From an uncultured cyanobacterium (lineage in GTDB: Bacteria > Cyanobacteriota > Cyanobacteriia > Leptolyngbyales > Leptolyngbyaceae), in NCBI GenBank assembly GCA_963766075.1, contig CAVYAN010000079.1, positions 1 to 64,000 of the forward strand: 64,000 nt of DNA, given 5' to 3'. The position numbers were made by a program, and so were the translations under genes. The notes beneath the pieces are model-generated. The model searched no databases. It worked only from the letters and a program-made list of their open reading frames with translations, and was not told where the DNA came from. Positions 53,503-63,846 of this stretch are shown piece after piece (the stretch's first letter is position 1; each line of letters starts with the position of its first letter).

Positions 53503-53964
53503 ATGACTTTTCGGAATTTCAAACGCGGCGTGATCCTGCTGAGTGCCCTACTGAGTGCTGCCACTGTGACACCATTGCTATCCAGTGTATCCCTCGCAAA
53601 GTCGGTTCCTGCGCCTACGCCATCACCGGCGTCCGCTGCACCCGCGGCATCGCCACGCATTCTAGATCAGCTCAAGCTTAGTGATGCGCAAAAGGCCAAG
53701 ATTCGAGGGATTCGCTCCGCTCGCACCCGGAAAATTAATGAAGCGCTCAAGCCAGAACAACGGGCTAAGCTGCAAGCTGAGCTAAAGGCTGGCAAAAAGC
53801 TAGGCGAGGCGCTAAAGTCCCTCAATCTGAGCACAGATCAGAAAAAGACAATTGCTGGAGCTGTGCAAAAGTCCAATGAAGACATCAAAGCCACGCTGAA
53901 CGATACCCAGAAGAAACAACTGGAAGCTTATTTGAAACAGCGCCAGGGTGCTCCTGTGGATTAG
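53503..53964 (+). CDS. Spy/CpxP-like (LTXXQ) secreted protein
   Basis: Signal peptide; LSDAQK, LKPEQR, LSTDQK, LNDTQK motifs. Confidence 0.8.
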   Translation: MTFRNFKRGVILLSALLSAATVTPLLSSVSLAKSVPAPTPSPASAAPAASPRILDQLKLSDAQKAKIRGIRSARTRKINEALKPEQRAKLQAELKAGKKLGEALKSLNLSTDQKKTIAGAVQKSNEDIKATLNDTQKKQLEAYLKQRQGAPVD

Positions 53965-54080
53965 TCTACGGCTGGATTAGTCTACGGCGCTGAGGCAACG
54001 ACATTGCCTGGATCGCTGCGCCAAAATGACCGGCTTGGGAATCAGAAGGCAGTCTGAAGCTCTGGCACTAGAGCCCTGAA

Positions 54081-54111
54081 ACAGAAGGCACCGCCTCGGT
54101 CTGCCTTCTGT
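54081..54111. terminator. Hairpin between convergent genes
   Basis: ACAGAAGGCA/TGCCTTCTGT 10-bp stem. Confidence 0.55.
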
Positions 54112-55266
54112 CTAGCGGTGTGCGATGAGTTGGGCTGTTTGCTGCAAGGCACTCTGCCAGGTGGCGTAACCTAGGGCCGTGAGATGAATGCCATCGGTCG
54201 TAAGTTCAGGTCGCATGTGGTTGCTGGTATCGGCAAATTGAGCATGCAGATTTAAAAATGTGACTCCTGATTGCTGGGCGATCGCTGCCAGTTGCTGATT
54301 TAACCCGGCGATTCGCTGATTGGGAATCAGTGGCGATTGGGTTGGCAAAATCGATTGCACAATAATTTGTGCCCGAGGATGGAGCTGTCGGAGGCGCAGC
54401 ATGATCGCCCGCAGGTTGCCCAGAATTTCGGCATTGCTGAAGCCATTTTTCAGATCGTTGACCCCGGCCAATAGATAGATGGTCTGGGCGCGGGGTGCGG
54501 CAAAGTCAGGCAGTCGGTTGAGAATGCCCCGGGTGGTTTCACCGGAAATGGATTGATTCAGCCAAAGCTGCTGCCGGGGTAGGCGATCGCTGGGGTACCA
54601 GAGACTGATGGAATCCCCAACCAGCACGGCCAACTGATTATTTCCCTGGCCGCCAGCCACCGCACGGGCTTCCGCCGCCAATAACCGCCGCCATTGAGCA
54701 TAGGTTGGTTTTTGTGTCATTCCCTGCCAAGCTGCGGCAAAGCTGTCGGAGGGTAGGCGGGTGTAAAGTTTTCCCGCTTGCAACGCGGCCAGTCGCTGGT
54801 AATAGAGTTCGCTATTGGAACGGGGGGCTACAGGGCGGGGGACCGGGACCTCTGGAGCAAGCGCTGGAGTAAGCGCTGGAGCAACCTCTGGAGCAATCTC
54901 TGGAGCAATCTCTGGGGCGTGAACTTCGGGGCGGATAGTGCCCAGGTGAACGGCGGGTAGCTGGGGCGATCGCTGCCAGTTCGGCGGGGACGGTGGGGCC
55001 TCAGGCAATTGCGGTTGCATGGCGGTTGGTGCCCCTTGGGCAAAGCCTGCTGGAGTAAGCGCTGGAGCAGCCTCTGGAGCAATCTCTGGGGCGTGAACTT
55101 CGGGGCGGATAGTGCCCAGGTGAACGGCGGGCAGCTGGGGCGATCGCTGCCAACTCATGGGGGATGGTGGCGGTTCAGGCGATTGTGGCGGCGTAGCGGT
55201 TGTTGCCCCTTGGGCAAAGCCTGCTTGAGCCAAGACAGCCGCTGCTAATAGGGCAGGATCACTCAT
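54112..55266 (-). CDS. SGNH/GDSL hydrolase with a duplicated Pro-rich N-terminal region
   Basis: GDSIS, NQSISG, GVND, DGIHL. Confidence 0.9.
   Translation of the reverse strand: MSDPALLAAAVLAQAGFAQGATTATPPQSPEPPPSPMSWQRSPQLPAVHLGTIRPEVHAPEIAPEAAPALTPAGFAQGAPTAMQPQLPEAPPSPPNWQRSPQLPAVHLGTIRPEVHAPEIAPEIAPEVAPALTPALAPEVPVPRPVAPRSNSELYYQRLAALQAGKLYTRLPSDSFAAAWQGMTQKPTYAQWRRLLAAEARAVAGGQGNNQLAVLVGDSISLWYPSDRLPRQQLWLNQSISGETTRGILNRLPDFAAPRAQTIYLLAGVNDLKNGFSNAEILGNLRAIMLRLRQLHPRAQIIVQSILPTQSPLIPNQRIAGLNQQLAAIAQQSGVTFLNLHAQFADTSNHMRPELTTDGIHLTALGYATWQSALQQTAQLIAHR
54864..55224. repeat. 174-bp (58-aa) intragenic tandem duplication plus 12-bp repeats
   Basis: GCAAAGCCTGC at 55040 and 55214; WQRSPQLPAVHLGTIRPEVHAPEIAPE occurs twice. 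Confidence 0.9.
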
Positions 55267-55487
55267 ATATTTTATCTCAATCAACTTATCTCAATCAGCG
55301 CTTTAATCCACTCTGATGTCTCTTGACACGACCCAGGCATCAGGGTCCGGACGGTTTGGTCGGCGGTTGAGTGCTCCCTGGCGATTGGGTGATTCCTACA
55401 GGGTGCTGATCTGTTGGGATTTTTTGCCTGTGCTTTCCCGGAACCGCCGTTCCACAGTAAAGTTGTAGGCGTTAGGGAAATGGGAGA

Positions 55488-55706
55488 ATGGGTATGGAGA
55501 CTACCATTAACAGCGCTGAGTTTAATTGTGCTGAGCTGTGCAAGGACGGCTGTATTAAGGCGGATGACTGCCCCAATTTGGAATTCAAGGCCCAAGCCGC
55601 CAAGTTCATTGAAACGACTTCGTTAGACCAAATGATCGAGATGGCGGCTGCCGCTGCCCGCAAAAAAATGTCTGCGCCCCCCCAGTGGGTATTCCCAGAG
55701 GAGTAG
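55488..55706 (+). CDS. Small Cys-containing conserved hypothetical protein
   Basis: NCAELCKDGCIKADDCPN..FI..TSLDQMIEMA..PPQWV. Confidence 0.75.
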   Translation: MGMETTINSAEFNCAELCKDGCIKADDCPNLEFKAQAAKFIETTSLDQMIEMAAAAARKKMSAPPQWVFPEE

Positions 55707-55761
55707 CGAGGTAATTTGTCGCCGATAAATTTGCCGCCTATCATTTCCTGCTAGATAAACT

Positions 55762-56473
55762 ATGCCAAGTGCTGATCGGATTATTGTGCCGTTGGATGTG
55801 CCGGATGAGACCGCCGCGATCGCCCTCATTAACCAACTGCCCCAAGTCGACCTTTTGGAAGGTCGGCCTGGAATTGTTCGTCAGCTCTGGACCCGATATT
55901 CTGAAACGGTTGAAAGACCAAGGAAAACAAATTTTCTTGGATCTGAAGTTTCACGATATTCCCAACACTATGGCAGGGGCTTGCCGGTCGGCAGCAAGCT
56001 ATGGGGTCGATTTACTCACGATTCATGCAACAGCCGGCAAGGCGGGGTTAGAAGCCGCACAACAGGCAGCCAGAGAAGGTGCAACCGGAGCAGGCATGCA
56101 GCCTCCACAGGTGATTGCGGTAACCCTATTAACCAGTGTAGATGGGCGATCGCTAGCCTTTGATCTGAAGGTGCCGTTAGAGCTACCGGAATACGTTTTA
56201 CAGATGGCTTTGCTGGCCCAGGATACGGGCTTGGCAGGGGTGGTCTGTTCTCCCCAAGAGGCAGCCCAGGTGCGACAAGTGTGCCAAAACGACTTCTTGC
56301 TAGTCTGTCCCGGCGTGCGTCCGGCCTGGGCTGCTGCTGGGGATCAGAAGCGCACCTTTACCCCGAAGGCGGCGATGCAGGCGGGGGCCAGCTATTTGGT
56401 CATTGGGCGACCGATTACAGCAGCGGCCAATCCGGCAGCGGCATTTGAGCAGATTTGCGAGGAGATGGCCTAA
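55762..56473 (+). CDS. pyrF: Orotidine-5'-phosphate decarboxylase (+1 frameshift ~55849)
   Basis: [45 protein letters not shown]. Confidence 0.95.
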
Positions 56474-56507
56474 GCCTCGTGGGAGATCAACACATGGAGA
56501 GATAAAA

Positions 56508-57204
56508 ATGGGGCAGCGGGGGGATCGAAAACCATGGCGACGCGGCATATTGACCGGTTCAATGGGCTGGATGTTGTGGGCGGGTCTGGCTGGGGCACGG
56601 GTGGACTTGCCTGCCGGCCTACCGCTGAGGGAAAACGGGCACAGAACTAGTCAGAAGCCTTGTCCAGCAACGCCAGAGGGCATGATGCCGCTGCTGCTGC
56701 GCGATTTGCCGGGGTATGTCAATCGGGTGGCCCTGCCGATCGCGCACTCGGTCCTTCAATGCTGCTGAAATGGGCGCTTCGCGGGCTGGGGGAGCAGTGG
56801 CGATCGCCGTAACCCCAGCCAACTATGCAATTCTGGCCAGTCAACCGGAATTTACGCCCCTGCCTGTGGCTTCGCGTGAATACACCAGTCCCGAGGATAA
56901 AAAATTACACCAAGTTTTTTTTACAGTGCTGGAGCGGCAGTACAGCGGCACCGCAAGCCGCATTCAGGGCCCTCAAGGCCCGATCCCCCGTCTTTCCTCA
57001 GTCTCAGAATTTCAGCATTACCATTGGCTATTTTTGGCAGAAACAGATCAGGGATGGCAGCTAGCGATGCTATTTTCTCGACTGGGGCCTTTTCCGGCGA
57101 ATGCTGGACCACTCACGCCGCCTCGCGATACAACCCAGGGAATAACGGCTGAGGCAATTCGACTGTGGCTGCGGGATTGTCGGGCGGGAGCGGTAAAGCC
57201 TTGA
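56508..57204 (+). CDS. Conserved hypothetical exported protein (+1 frameshift ~56736)
   Basis: CP..LLRDLPGYVNRV, then PEFTPLP, QVFFTVLERQY, HWLFL, AIRLWLRDCRAG. Confidence 0.75.
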
Positions 57205-57292
57205 TGCTAATGTTAATGTCGATCCCGTGTTTAATGTCGATCCCGCGTTTATTTCTGCCCTTCCTGCCGTTGCTCTCCAGGACGGTTTACCG

Positions 57293-58813
57293 ATGACGAT
57301 GCGATCGCCTGTCCAAAAATCGACGTTTCCCCTACCCCTGGATCGGGCCGCCCTCACACTCATGGTTTTGATCAGCGTGATCATTGGCGTGCTGCTCTGG
57401 GGCGGCGAGCGCATTGCCCCCAAAGTGCGCGATTTTACCTGGCAAGGCAAACAGGTGGGTGCCGAGGATATGGCGTTTTTGCTGACCTTTAGCCGCCCCA
57501 TGGACCACAGCAGTGTCGAGAATAATCTGCGGCTAGATCCGCCGCTGTCTGGAAAAACGAGTTGGGCGGGACGGCGAATGGCCTATACCTTGGACGCGCC
57601 TGCCCCCTATGGCACATCGTTTCAGGTGCAGTTGCAGGGGGCGCGGGAACGGTTTGGCACAACAGGTCTGGGGAAACTAGACATGCAGCCTTATATTGGG
57701 CAGTTTCGCAGCCGCGATCGCGCCTTTGCCTACATTGGCGCAGAGGGTGACGAAGCCGGTCAACTGATTCTGTTTAACCTCACTCAAAAGCAAAAACTGC
57801 CCCTAACCCCAAAAAACTTAGCGGTCATGGACTTTAAGGTCTATCCCCTAGGCGATCGCATTTTGTTTGCCGCCACAGAACGCAGCGGTCAATCCCAGGG
57901 ACTCGTGGAACAACAACTCTACAGTGTCACCACGGGCATTCAGGTGAATCCCCCGGCCCAATTAGATCTCCAGGGGACTCCTGATTCAAAAGAGGCCCAA
58001 ACGACACCGGCGGGGAAAGTCGAACGGGTACTGGACAATCAGGACTATCAAAACCTGCGGTTTGACCTCTCGGCAGATGGCAAAATCATTGTGGTTCAGC
58101 GCGTGAATCGCAAAAACCCAGCGGACTTTGGTCCCTGGATTCTTAGGCCGGGGCAACCCCCTCAGCCCCTCAAGGGTGAACCCGGAGGCGACTTTTTGAT
58201 TACCCCGGATAGCAACTCCCTGGCGATTGCCCAAGGTCAGGGTCTAGCCATTCTGCCCCTAGAACCCAATGCCAAGCCCCTCGACTTCTTGCCTAAGTTT
58301 GGCGTCGTCAAAGCCTTCTCCCGAGATGGCTCCCTCGCCACAATGATCAAGTTCAATACAGATCGGACGCGATCGCTCTTCCTCGTCAGTAACCAAGGCG
58401 TCCAGACCGAGCTGTTTCGCATCCCCGGTTCCATCCTGCAAACACAGTTCGATACAACCCGGCAATTCCTATATTGCGTACTTACTGAACTCGTCACCCG
58501 CGAAAATCTCTATCAAGAAAATCCTTACCTTGCCGTGGTTGATCTCAAAACGAAGCAAACTACCATCTTGATGCCCTTGCCCCAGCAGCGCGATGTCCAG
58601 ATGGAATTGGCTCCCGATGGCCTAGGGATTCTATTCGATCAAGTTGTCGAAACCAAACAGAACGCCATCGGAGAAATCCTACGCGACAGTTCCGGCCAAC
58701 CGATCACTTCCAGCCAACTGTGGTTGCTGCCCATTGATCCCCAGCATCCCACCGCCAAGGCCCAAGCCGAATCCTTGCCTCTCGTAGGTCTACGCCCGCG
58801 CTGGCTTCCGTAG
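57293..58813 (+). CDS. Membrane-anchored Ig-like (SbsA-type) plus TolB-like propeller protein
   Basis: TM helix, LTFSRPMD..SV, SWAGRRMAYT, repeated SxDG. Confidence 0.8.
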   Translation: MTMRSPVQKSTFPLPLDRAALTLMVLISVIIGVLLWGGERIAPKVRDFTWQGKQVGAEDMAFLLTFSRPMDHSSVENNLRLDPPLSGKTSWAGRRMAYTLDAPAPYGTSFQVQLQGARERFGTTGLGKLDMQPYIGQFRSRDRAFAYIGAEGDEAGQLILFNLTQKQKLPLTPKNLAVMDFKVYPLGDRILFAATERSGQSQGLVEQQLYSVTTGIQVNPPAQLDLQGTPDSKEAQTTPAGKVERVLDNQDYQNLRFDLSADGKIIVVQRVNRKNPADFGPWILRPGQPPQPLKGEPGGDFLITPDSNSLAIAQGQGLAILPLEPNAKPLDFLPKFGVVKAFSRDGSLATMIKFNTDRTRSLFLVSNQGVQTELFRIPGSILQTQFDTTRQFLYCVLTELVTRENLYQENPYLAVVDLKTKQTTILMPLPQQRDVQMELAPDGLGILFDQVVETKQNAIGEILRDSSGQPITSSQLWLLPIDPQHPTAKAQAESLPLVGLRPRWLP

Positions 58814-59084
58814 AGAATGGCTGAAAAGCCAAGCTTTTAGGCGGTTGCTCGTCGCCAGGGTAACTGAAGCCATAGAGATTTGATGAAGCGGAGGGCTAGA
58901 TCGGCAAAGAACTAACGAGGTCTATTATTATGGGAGCGGCAAATCACGATAAATCAGCACTCTTGTCAAGGCTTTACGCTGCCGTCTTTAGAACGGATAG
59001 TGCTCCAAGACCTGATTAGTGGCGGCAAAATTTATCATTCCAAGGCAACGCCGGAAACTTCACAGTTCAGCAAATACCGCATCA

Positions 59085-61409
59085 ATGGAAACACGCCATT
59101 CTTCTCCATCAGAATCATCTACAAATCTGATCCAGGTCTCTCAAGCCACCGCGCTCCCCCCGGAATCCCTTGCTGTTGAGGCTGAAGGAGAGCCGTGGGA
59201 TTTAAGCTGGGTATTTCAAGTTTTACGTCGCAGAGCTCTGCTCATTTTGCAGATTACTGTTTCCGTCACCACGCTGGCAGCCGGGGCGGTGATTCTAAGC
59301 AGTGCTCTGACAAAGCCTCAGTACGAGGGAAGTTTTCAACTGCAAGTGGAGCCAGCAACTGCCGAAGCCAAACTATCCCGATCATTTTTGCGGGCTCAAT
59401 CAACGGATAAGGCCCTCGAAGATGCCCAATCGAGTAATTTGGAACAAGTTTCTACCCTAGATTACGAAACCCAAATCCGGATTTTGCGCAGCCGCAATCT
59501 AATGCAACAGGTCATTGATCAGGTTAAAAGTCGCTATCCCGATATTACCTATGAGATGCTCCTGAAAGATTTGACCGTTGAACGCATCAAAATTACCAAG
59601 GATGGCAAAGAGCAAGGGACCCGGCTACTAGACATTACGTACAAAGCATCTGATAGCAAACAAGTCCTATTTGTGCTGGAGAAGGTGTCCGAAGCCTACC
59701 TCAGATATAGTCTGAAGGAACGGCAAACTAATATGCGCCAGGGAATTAAGTTTATTGATGAACAGCTCCCGCAGTTAAGAAGTCGGGTCAATACGTTACA
59801 GAGCCAGATTGAAGCATTGCGACAGCAGAATAACTTAATGGATCCTGAGCAGCAGGGCGGAGAGTTTTCACAACTGTTGACTGGCCTCAGGCGACAACAA
59901 ATTGATGTGATCGCCAAATTGCAAGAGGCTCAATCTCGTCATCAGACTCTGCAAGAACAACTCGCGGGCGACAACGCGATCGCTGTTCTCAGCGAATTTC
60001 CGTCTTTTCAGGAGTTGCTGAATGAGTACCAAAAACTGGAAGTGCAACTATCCAGTACTTCTGCTCGTTTGAATGCAGATAGTCCGCCCATGCAAGCGCT
60101 GCTTAGTAAGCGCCAAAATTTACAAGCTGTGTTGAATCAGGAAGCAGCACGCATCTTGAGTCGCAGTGCCGCGCAAGTTGAGATTGCTCAATCGCAGCAG
60201 CAGGTGTTTGCCCAAGCTGAAAATGGCCTCAATGATCAGTTCCAGAAGTTGCCAGCGGTGGCCCGTCAGTATGCTGCCTTAAAGCAGGAGCTGCAGATCG
60301 CGACTGAAACATTAAATCGGTTTCTAAGCAAAAATGAAGCATTAAGTATTGATTCGGCTCAGCAAGAAGTTCCCTGGCAACTGACATCCGCACCAGCCTT
60401 AACCCAGGATCTGAAGGGTCAACCCGTTAATCTCGCTAACAAGAGCAAGCAGGTGATGATTGCTGTATCGGCAATTTTGGCAACAGTGCTGGCTGTGGGA
60501 ATTGTTTTTTTAATCGAACTGCTTCAGGATATTCTTTACACCCCGAATGAGATTAAGCGCATGAGTCGGTTCCCATTGTTTGGGGCCGTTCCTCTTATGG
60601 ATTCATCGGGGACGCTGGGCTTATTCCCAATGAATTTGTCCACCACAAGTTTTGTAGAATCGTCTGGCCTAGTAGCCCCAACTTCAAAAAGCTGGACTAA
60701 CCCGAAGAATTTAGCTGACCAATTAGTTCGGAAAATTGTGCCTTTTGGCGACAGCAAATATGCCGATCAACAGTCTCAAATGAGTGTTTTCACAGAAGCC
60801 TTCAATTTGATTCATTCCAAAATCGATTTCTCAAATCCTCGATCCCCGATTCGATCCTTGGCCGTAGGTTCAGCCAATCCTCAGGAAGGAAAATCTACCA
60901 TCGCTACATCCTTGGCGAATGCCGCCGCAGTTGCGGGGAAAAAAGTTCTATTAGTAGATGCAAATTTACGCTTTCCTCAATTACATACCTGTCTACAATA
61001 CGAGCTTTTAGACAATTTCAAGGGACTCAGCGACTTGATTGACGCAGAGCTCGATCTTCGTCAAATCATTAAACCTTCATTATTGGAACCCAATTTATTT
61101 GTGTTAACTGCAGGCCAGATGCTATCCAATCCAGTTCGCTTTCTTTCCTCTCAAAGACTGAAGGATTTAATGGAGAAATTCACATCAGAATTTGATCTGG
61201 TTATCTACGATACTCCATCCTTGATCAGCTTCGCTGATGCCAGCTTGGTGGGTGCCCAAGTTGATGGGTTTATCGTTGTTGTCAGTCTGGGCAAGACCAA
61301 GCGAGCCATCTTAACTCAGACCTTAGAAAGACTGAAAAGTTCCCGAGTGCCCATCCTGGGACTCGTTGCCAATGGAGCTTCAAGTGCTGAGGATGCATCC
61401 ACCCCGTAA
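59085..61409 (+). CDS. wzc: Wzc/GumC polysaccharide copolymerase with a BY-kinase domain
   Basis: Two TM segments, coiled coil, EAF, PQEGKST, VDANLR, YDTP. Confidence 0.9.
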   Translation: METRHSSPSESSTNLIQVSQATALPPESLAVEAEGEPWDLSWVFQVLRRRALLILQITVSVTTLAAGAVILSSALTKPQYEGSFQLQVEPATAEAKLSRSFLRAQSTDKALEDAQSSNLEQVSTLDYETQIRILRSRNLMQQVIDQVKSRYPDITYEMLLKDLTVERIKITKDGKEQGTRLLDITYKASDSKQVLFVLEKVSEAYLRYSLKERQTNMRQGIKFIDEQLPQLRSRVNTLQSQIEALRQQNNLMDPEQQGGEFSQLLTGLRRQQIDVIAKLQEAQSRHQTLQEQLAGDNAIAVLSEFPSFQELLNEYQKLEVQLSSTSARLNADSPPMQALLSKRQNLQAVLNQEAARILSRSAAQVEIAQSQQQVFAQAENGLNDQFQKLPAVARQYAALKQELQIATETLNRFLSKNEALSIDSAQQEVPWQLTSAPALTQDLKGQPVNLANKSKQVMIAVSAILATVLAVGIVFLIELLQDILYTPNEIKRMSRFPLFGAVPLMDSSGTLGLFPMNLSTTSFVESSGLVAPTSKSWTNPKNLADQLVRKIVPFGDSKYADQQSQMSVFTEAFNLIHSKIDFSNPRSPIRSLAVGSANPQEGKSTIATSLANAAAVAGKKVLLVDANLRFPQLHTCLQYELLDNFKGLSDLIDAELDLRQIIKPSLLEPNLFVLTAGQMLSNPVRFLSSQRLKDLMEKFTSEFDLVIYDTPSLISFADASLVGAQVDGFIVVVSLGKTKRAILTQTLERLKSSRVPILGLVANGASSAEDASTP

Positions 61410-61519
61410 GTCCCGTAAGTATTGCTTTTGACTTTCAACGCAAATAAGCTAGCTGGGTTCATGGATTTTGCTAACTTGAGTAATATTGACCACTTTTAAT
61501 AGGATACTCATAACTCCTG

Positions 61520-62422
61520 ATGAAGATGAAGAGCATTGCCGTACTAATGACCTGCTATAACCGAAAGCAGAAAACCATCGAAAGTTTGACATCTCTCTTG
61601 AATCAATCGCTCTTGAATCAAAGTGTCTTGTCTGACATTACTCTTGATGTTTATTTAGTCGATGATGGCAGTACGGATGGAACGGCAGACGCCGTCAAAG
61701 CCGCTTATCCTCAAGTGACTATCATTCAGGGAAATGGCAGTTTATTTTGGAATGGCGGGATGCGTCGGGCCTTTGCTGAAGCCGCGCGAACGGACTATGA
61801 CTATCATCTTTGGCTAAATGATGATACGACTCTCTACCCAGATGCGCTACAGAAATTATTACAAACCTCTCAACACTTGCTTGAGCAGGGGGAAACTAAG
61901 GCGATTATCGCGGGTTCGACTCAAGATTCTGAAACAGCGCTTTTGAGCTACGGAGGCGGTATCTGCCACCGCTGGTGGCACCCGCTCTCGTTTGCCCCTC
62001 TAGAGCCTGGGGAAGTACCGAAACCCTGTGATGTCATTAATGGTAACTGTGTGTTGATTCCCCGATCAGTCTTTACAGTTTTGGGAAACTTAGATCCGTC
62101 ATTTTCACATTATCTCGGGGATTTCGACTATGCACTACGTGCCCATAGTCGGAATTGCAGTGTATGGATTACTCCTGGCTATGTGGGCACTTGTCCGCCC
62201 AATCTTTCCTATCGAAATACAGAGATCGAAAAGACCTCCCTCGATGACCAACTCAAGCGCATGACCCAGCCCAAGGGGTTGCCTACCCAAGATTTAACTT
62301 TGTACTCCTTTAAGGAATGGCGCGTGTTTTCTCAGAGACATGGCGGCTTACTGTGGGTACTTTATTACTTAATTCCCTATCGCCGACTACTCGGGTCATT
62401 TCTTAAACCAATAGCGCCATGA
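61520..62422 (+). CDS. Glycosyltransferase family 2
   Basis: TCYNR, VDDGSTDGT, WNGGM, WLNDD, NGNCVLI, DFDY. Confidence 0.93.
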   Translation: MKMKSIAVLMTCYNRKQKTIESLTSLLNQSLLNQSVLSDITLDVYLVDDGSTDGTADAVKAAYPQVTIIQGNGSLFWNGGMRRAFAEAARTDYDYHLWLNDDTTLYPDALQKLLQTSQHLLEQGETKAIIAGSTQDSETALLSYGGGICHRWWHPLSFAPLEPGEVPKPCDVINGNCVLIPRSVFTVLGNLDPSFSHYLGDFDYALRAHSRNCSVWITPGYVGTCPPNLSYRNTEIEKTSLDDQLKRMTQPKGLPTQDLTLYSFKEWRVFSQRHGGLLWVLYYLIPYRRLLGSFLKPIAP

Positions 62423-63570
62423 ATAGCATCAATACAGCTCGAATTGCCTGGTTAGTTCCAACTGCGGAATATGGTGCATACTGGCCTCCCATTCTGCACG
62501 AGCTTGCTCAGCAGGTTAACCAAGTAAAGTTTTACACAGGTCGCCTTTGGCCTCGCTTTGATCCAGATGCTCCCGGTACATCTGTAATTCAAGTAGTGGG
62601 TAAAACTACGTTTGTAACGCATACTCCAAAGGCTGGCTACGGGCGCGGATTCATTGTTGCCTCTCCCGCTATTATTGGTCATTTATTCCACTTCAAGCCC
62701 GACGTTATTTTTGCCAGCGGGTTTTCTCTGTGGACATTATTCGCACTGCTACTCAAGCCATTGGGTGGATGGCGAGTGGTCTTAGTCTATGACGGGAGTA
62801 GTCCAAACGTTGATTTTCAGGACTCTAGATTCCGTTTGTTTTGCCGACGATGGATGGTTAAATTTTCCAACGCACTTGTTTCAAACAGCCAGGGTGGCAA
62901 GCACTATCTGATTAATACTCTTGGAGCGGAAGAAATCAAAGTTGAGGCCGTCCCTTATTTGGTGCCAGATTCCCAAACTCTGATAGAACGGGTTAATGGA
63001 AGCGTGCCAATCTCGATAGAACTTCGTCATCCTGTTTTCCTATTTGTAGGACAAGTGATTCACCGAAAAGGATTGCATTTATTGCTTGCAGCCTGTGCAA
63101 AGCTACAACAGCAGGGATATACCCACTACAGTTTGCTGATTGCTGGCGATGGTTCCCATCGGGAGGAACTTGAAAAGTTCTGTCAAGAACAGGGACTGGG
63201 CGATCGCGTGCAATGGCTAGGTTGGGTGGCATACGAAGGTTTAGGGTCCTACTTTCAAGCCGCCGATGTCTTTGTATTTCCTACTCTCGAAGATATATGG
63301 GGCATGGTAACTCTGGAGGCTATGGCCTGTGGCAAAGCAATTATCTGCTCCAAATGGGCAGGCACAGCTGAAATGATTGTTGAGGGTGAAACGGGCTATT
63401 TAGTTGACCCTCACAATGTTGAAGAACTCACTCAAGCCATGATTCACTTTATTGAGAATCCAGAGTCGATTAAAATCATGGGTGAAAAATCTCACGAGTT
63501 TATTACTCAGTACACGCCAACCACCGCTGCCAGCTTTTTGTCTGCTGTCACGACCGCTGTTCTTAATTAA
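62419..63570 (+). CDS. Glycosyltransferase family 4
   Basis: VGQVIHRKG, FPTLEDIWGMVTLEAMACG. Confidence 0.93.
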   Translation: MNSINTARIAWLVPTAEYGAYWPPILHELAQQVNQVKFYTGRLWPRFDPDAPGTSVIQVVGKTTFVTHTPKAGYGRGFIVASPAIIGHLFHFKPDVIFASGFSLWTLFALLLKPLGGWRVVLVYDGSSPNVDFQDSRFRLFCRRWMVKFSNALVSNSQGGKHYLINTLGAEEIKVEAVPYLVPDSQTLIERVNGSVPISIELRHPVFLFVGQVIHRKGLHLLLAACAKLQQQGYTHYSLLIAGDGSHREELEKFCQEQGLGDRVQWLGWVAYEGLGSYFQAADVFVFPTLEDIWGMVTLEAMACGKAIICSKWAGTAEMIVEGETGYLVDPHNVEELTQAMIHFIENPESIKIMGEKSHEFITQYTPTTAASFLSAVTTAVLN

Positions 63571-63846
63571 ACTGACGACTGAGTCTTGGAACAACAAGCC
63601 TAAAAATTTAAAGTGGTCTGTACTTAGATCCCAATACTTAGACTCCAATGACTTAGGCCCTAATCCTAATTGAAATAGCCTTAGCCCAGCTATATATTTT
63701 CTCGTCTAGTTATTGCAATCAAACCAAGTTATAGTCCCATTCCTAATCATCAGATCGGTCATTTTTCAGAAAGTACAACGGGATCTCAGCTAAAACCTAA
63801 GCGATGGATTTTGAGCAAACCAATTTCTCGGAATATATCTTAAGTC

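Noticed and set aside
55762..56473. pyrF, rnr and others as true pseudogenes or programmed frameshifts
   Set aside because: One indel each, no other decay and no shared slippery motif; an artefact is more parsimonious.
58815..58935. Additional MITE ending GAGGTCTATTA
   Set aside because: Only a possible right end; no matching left end found.
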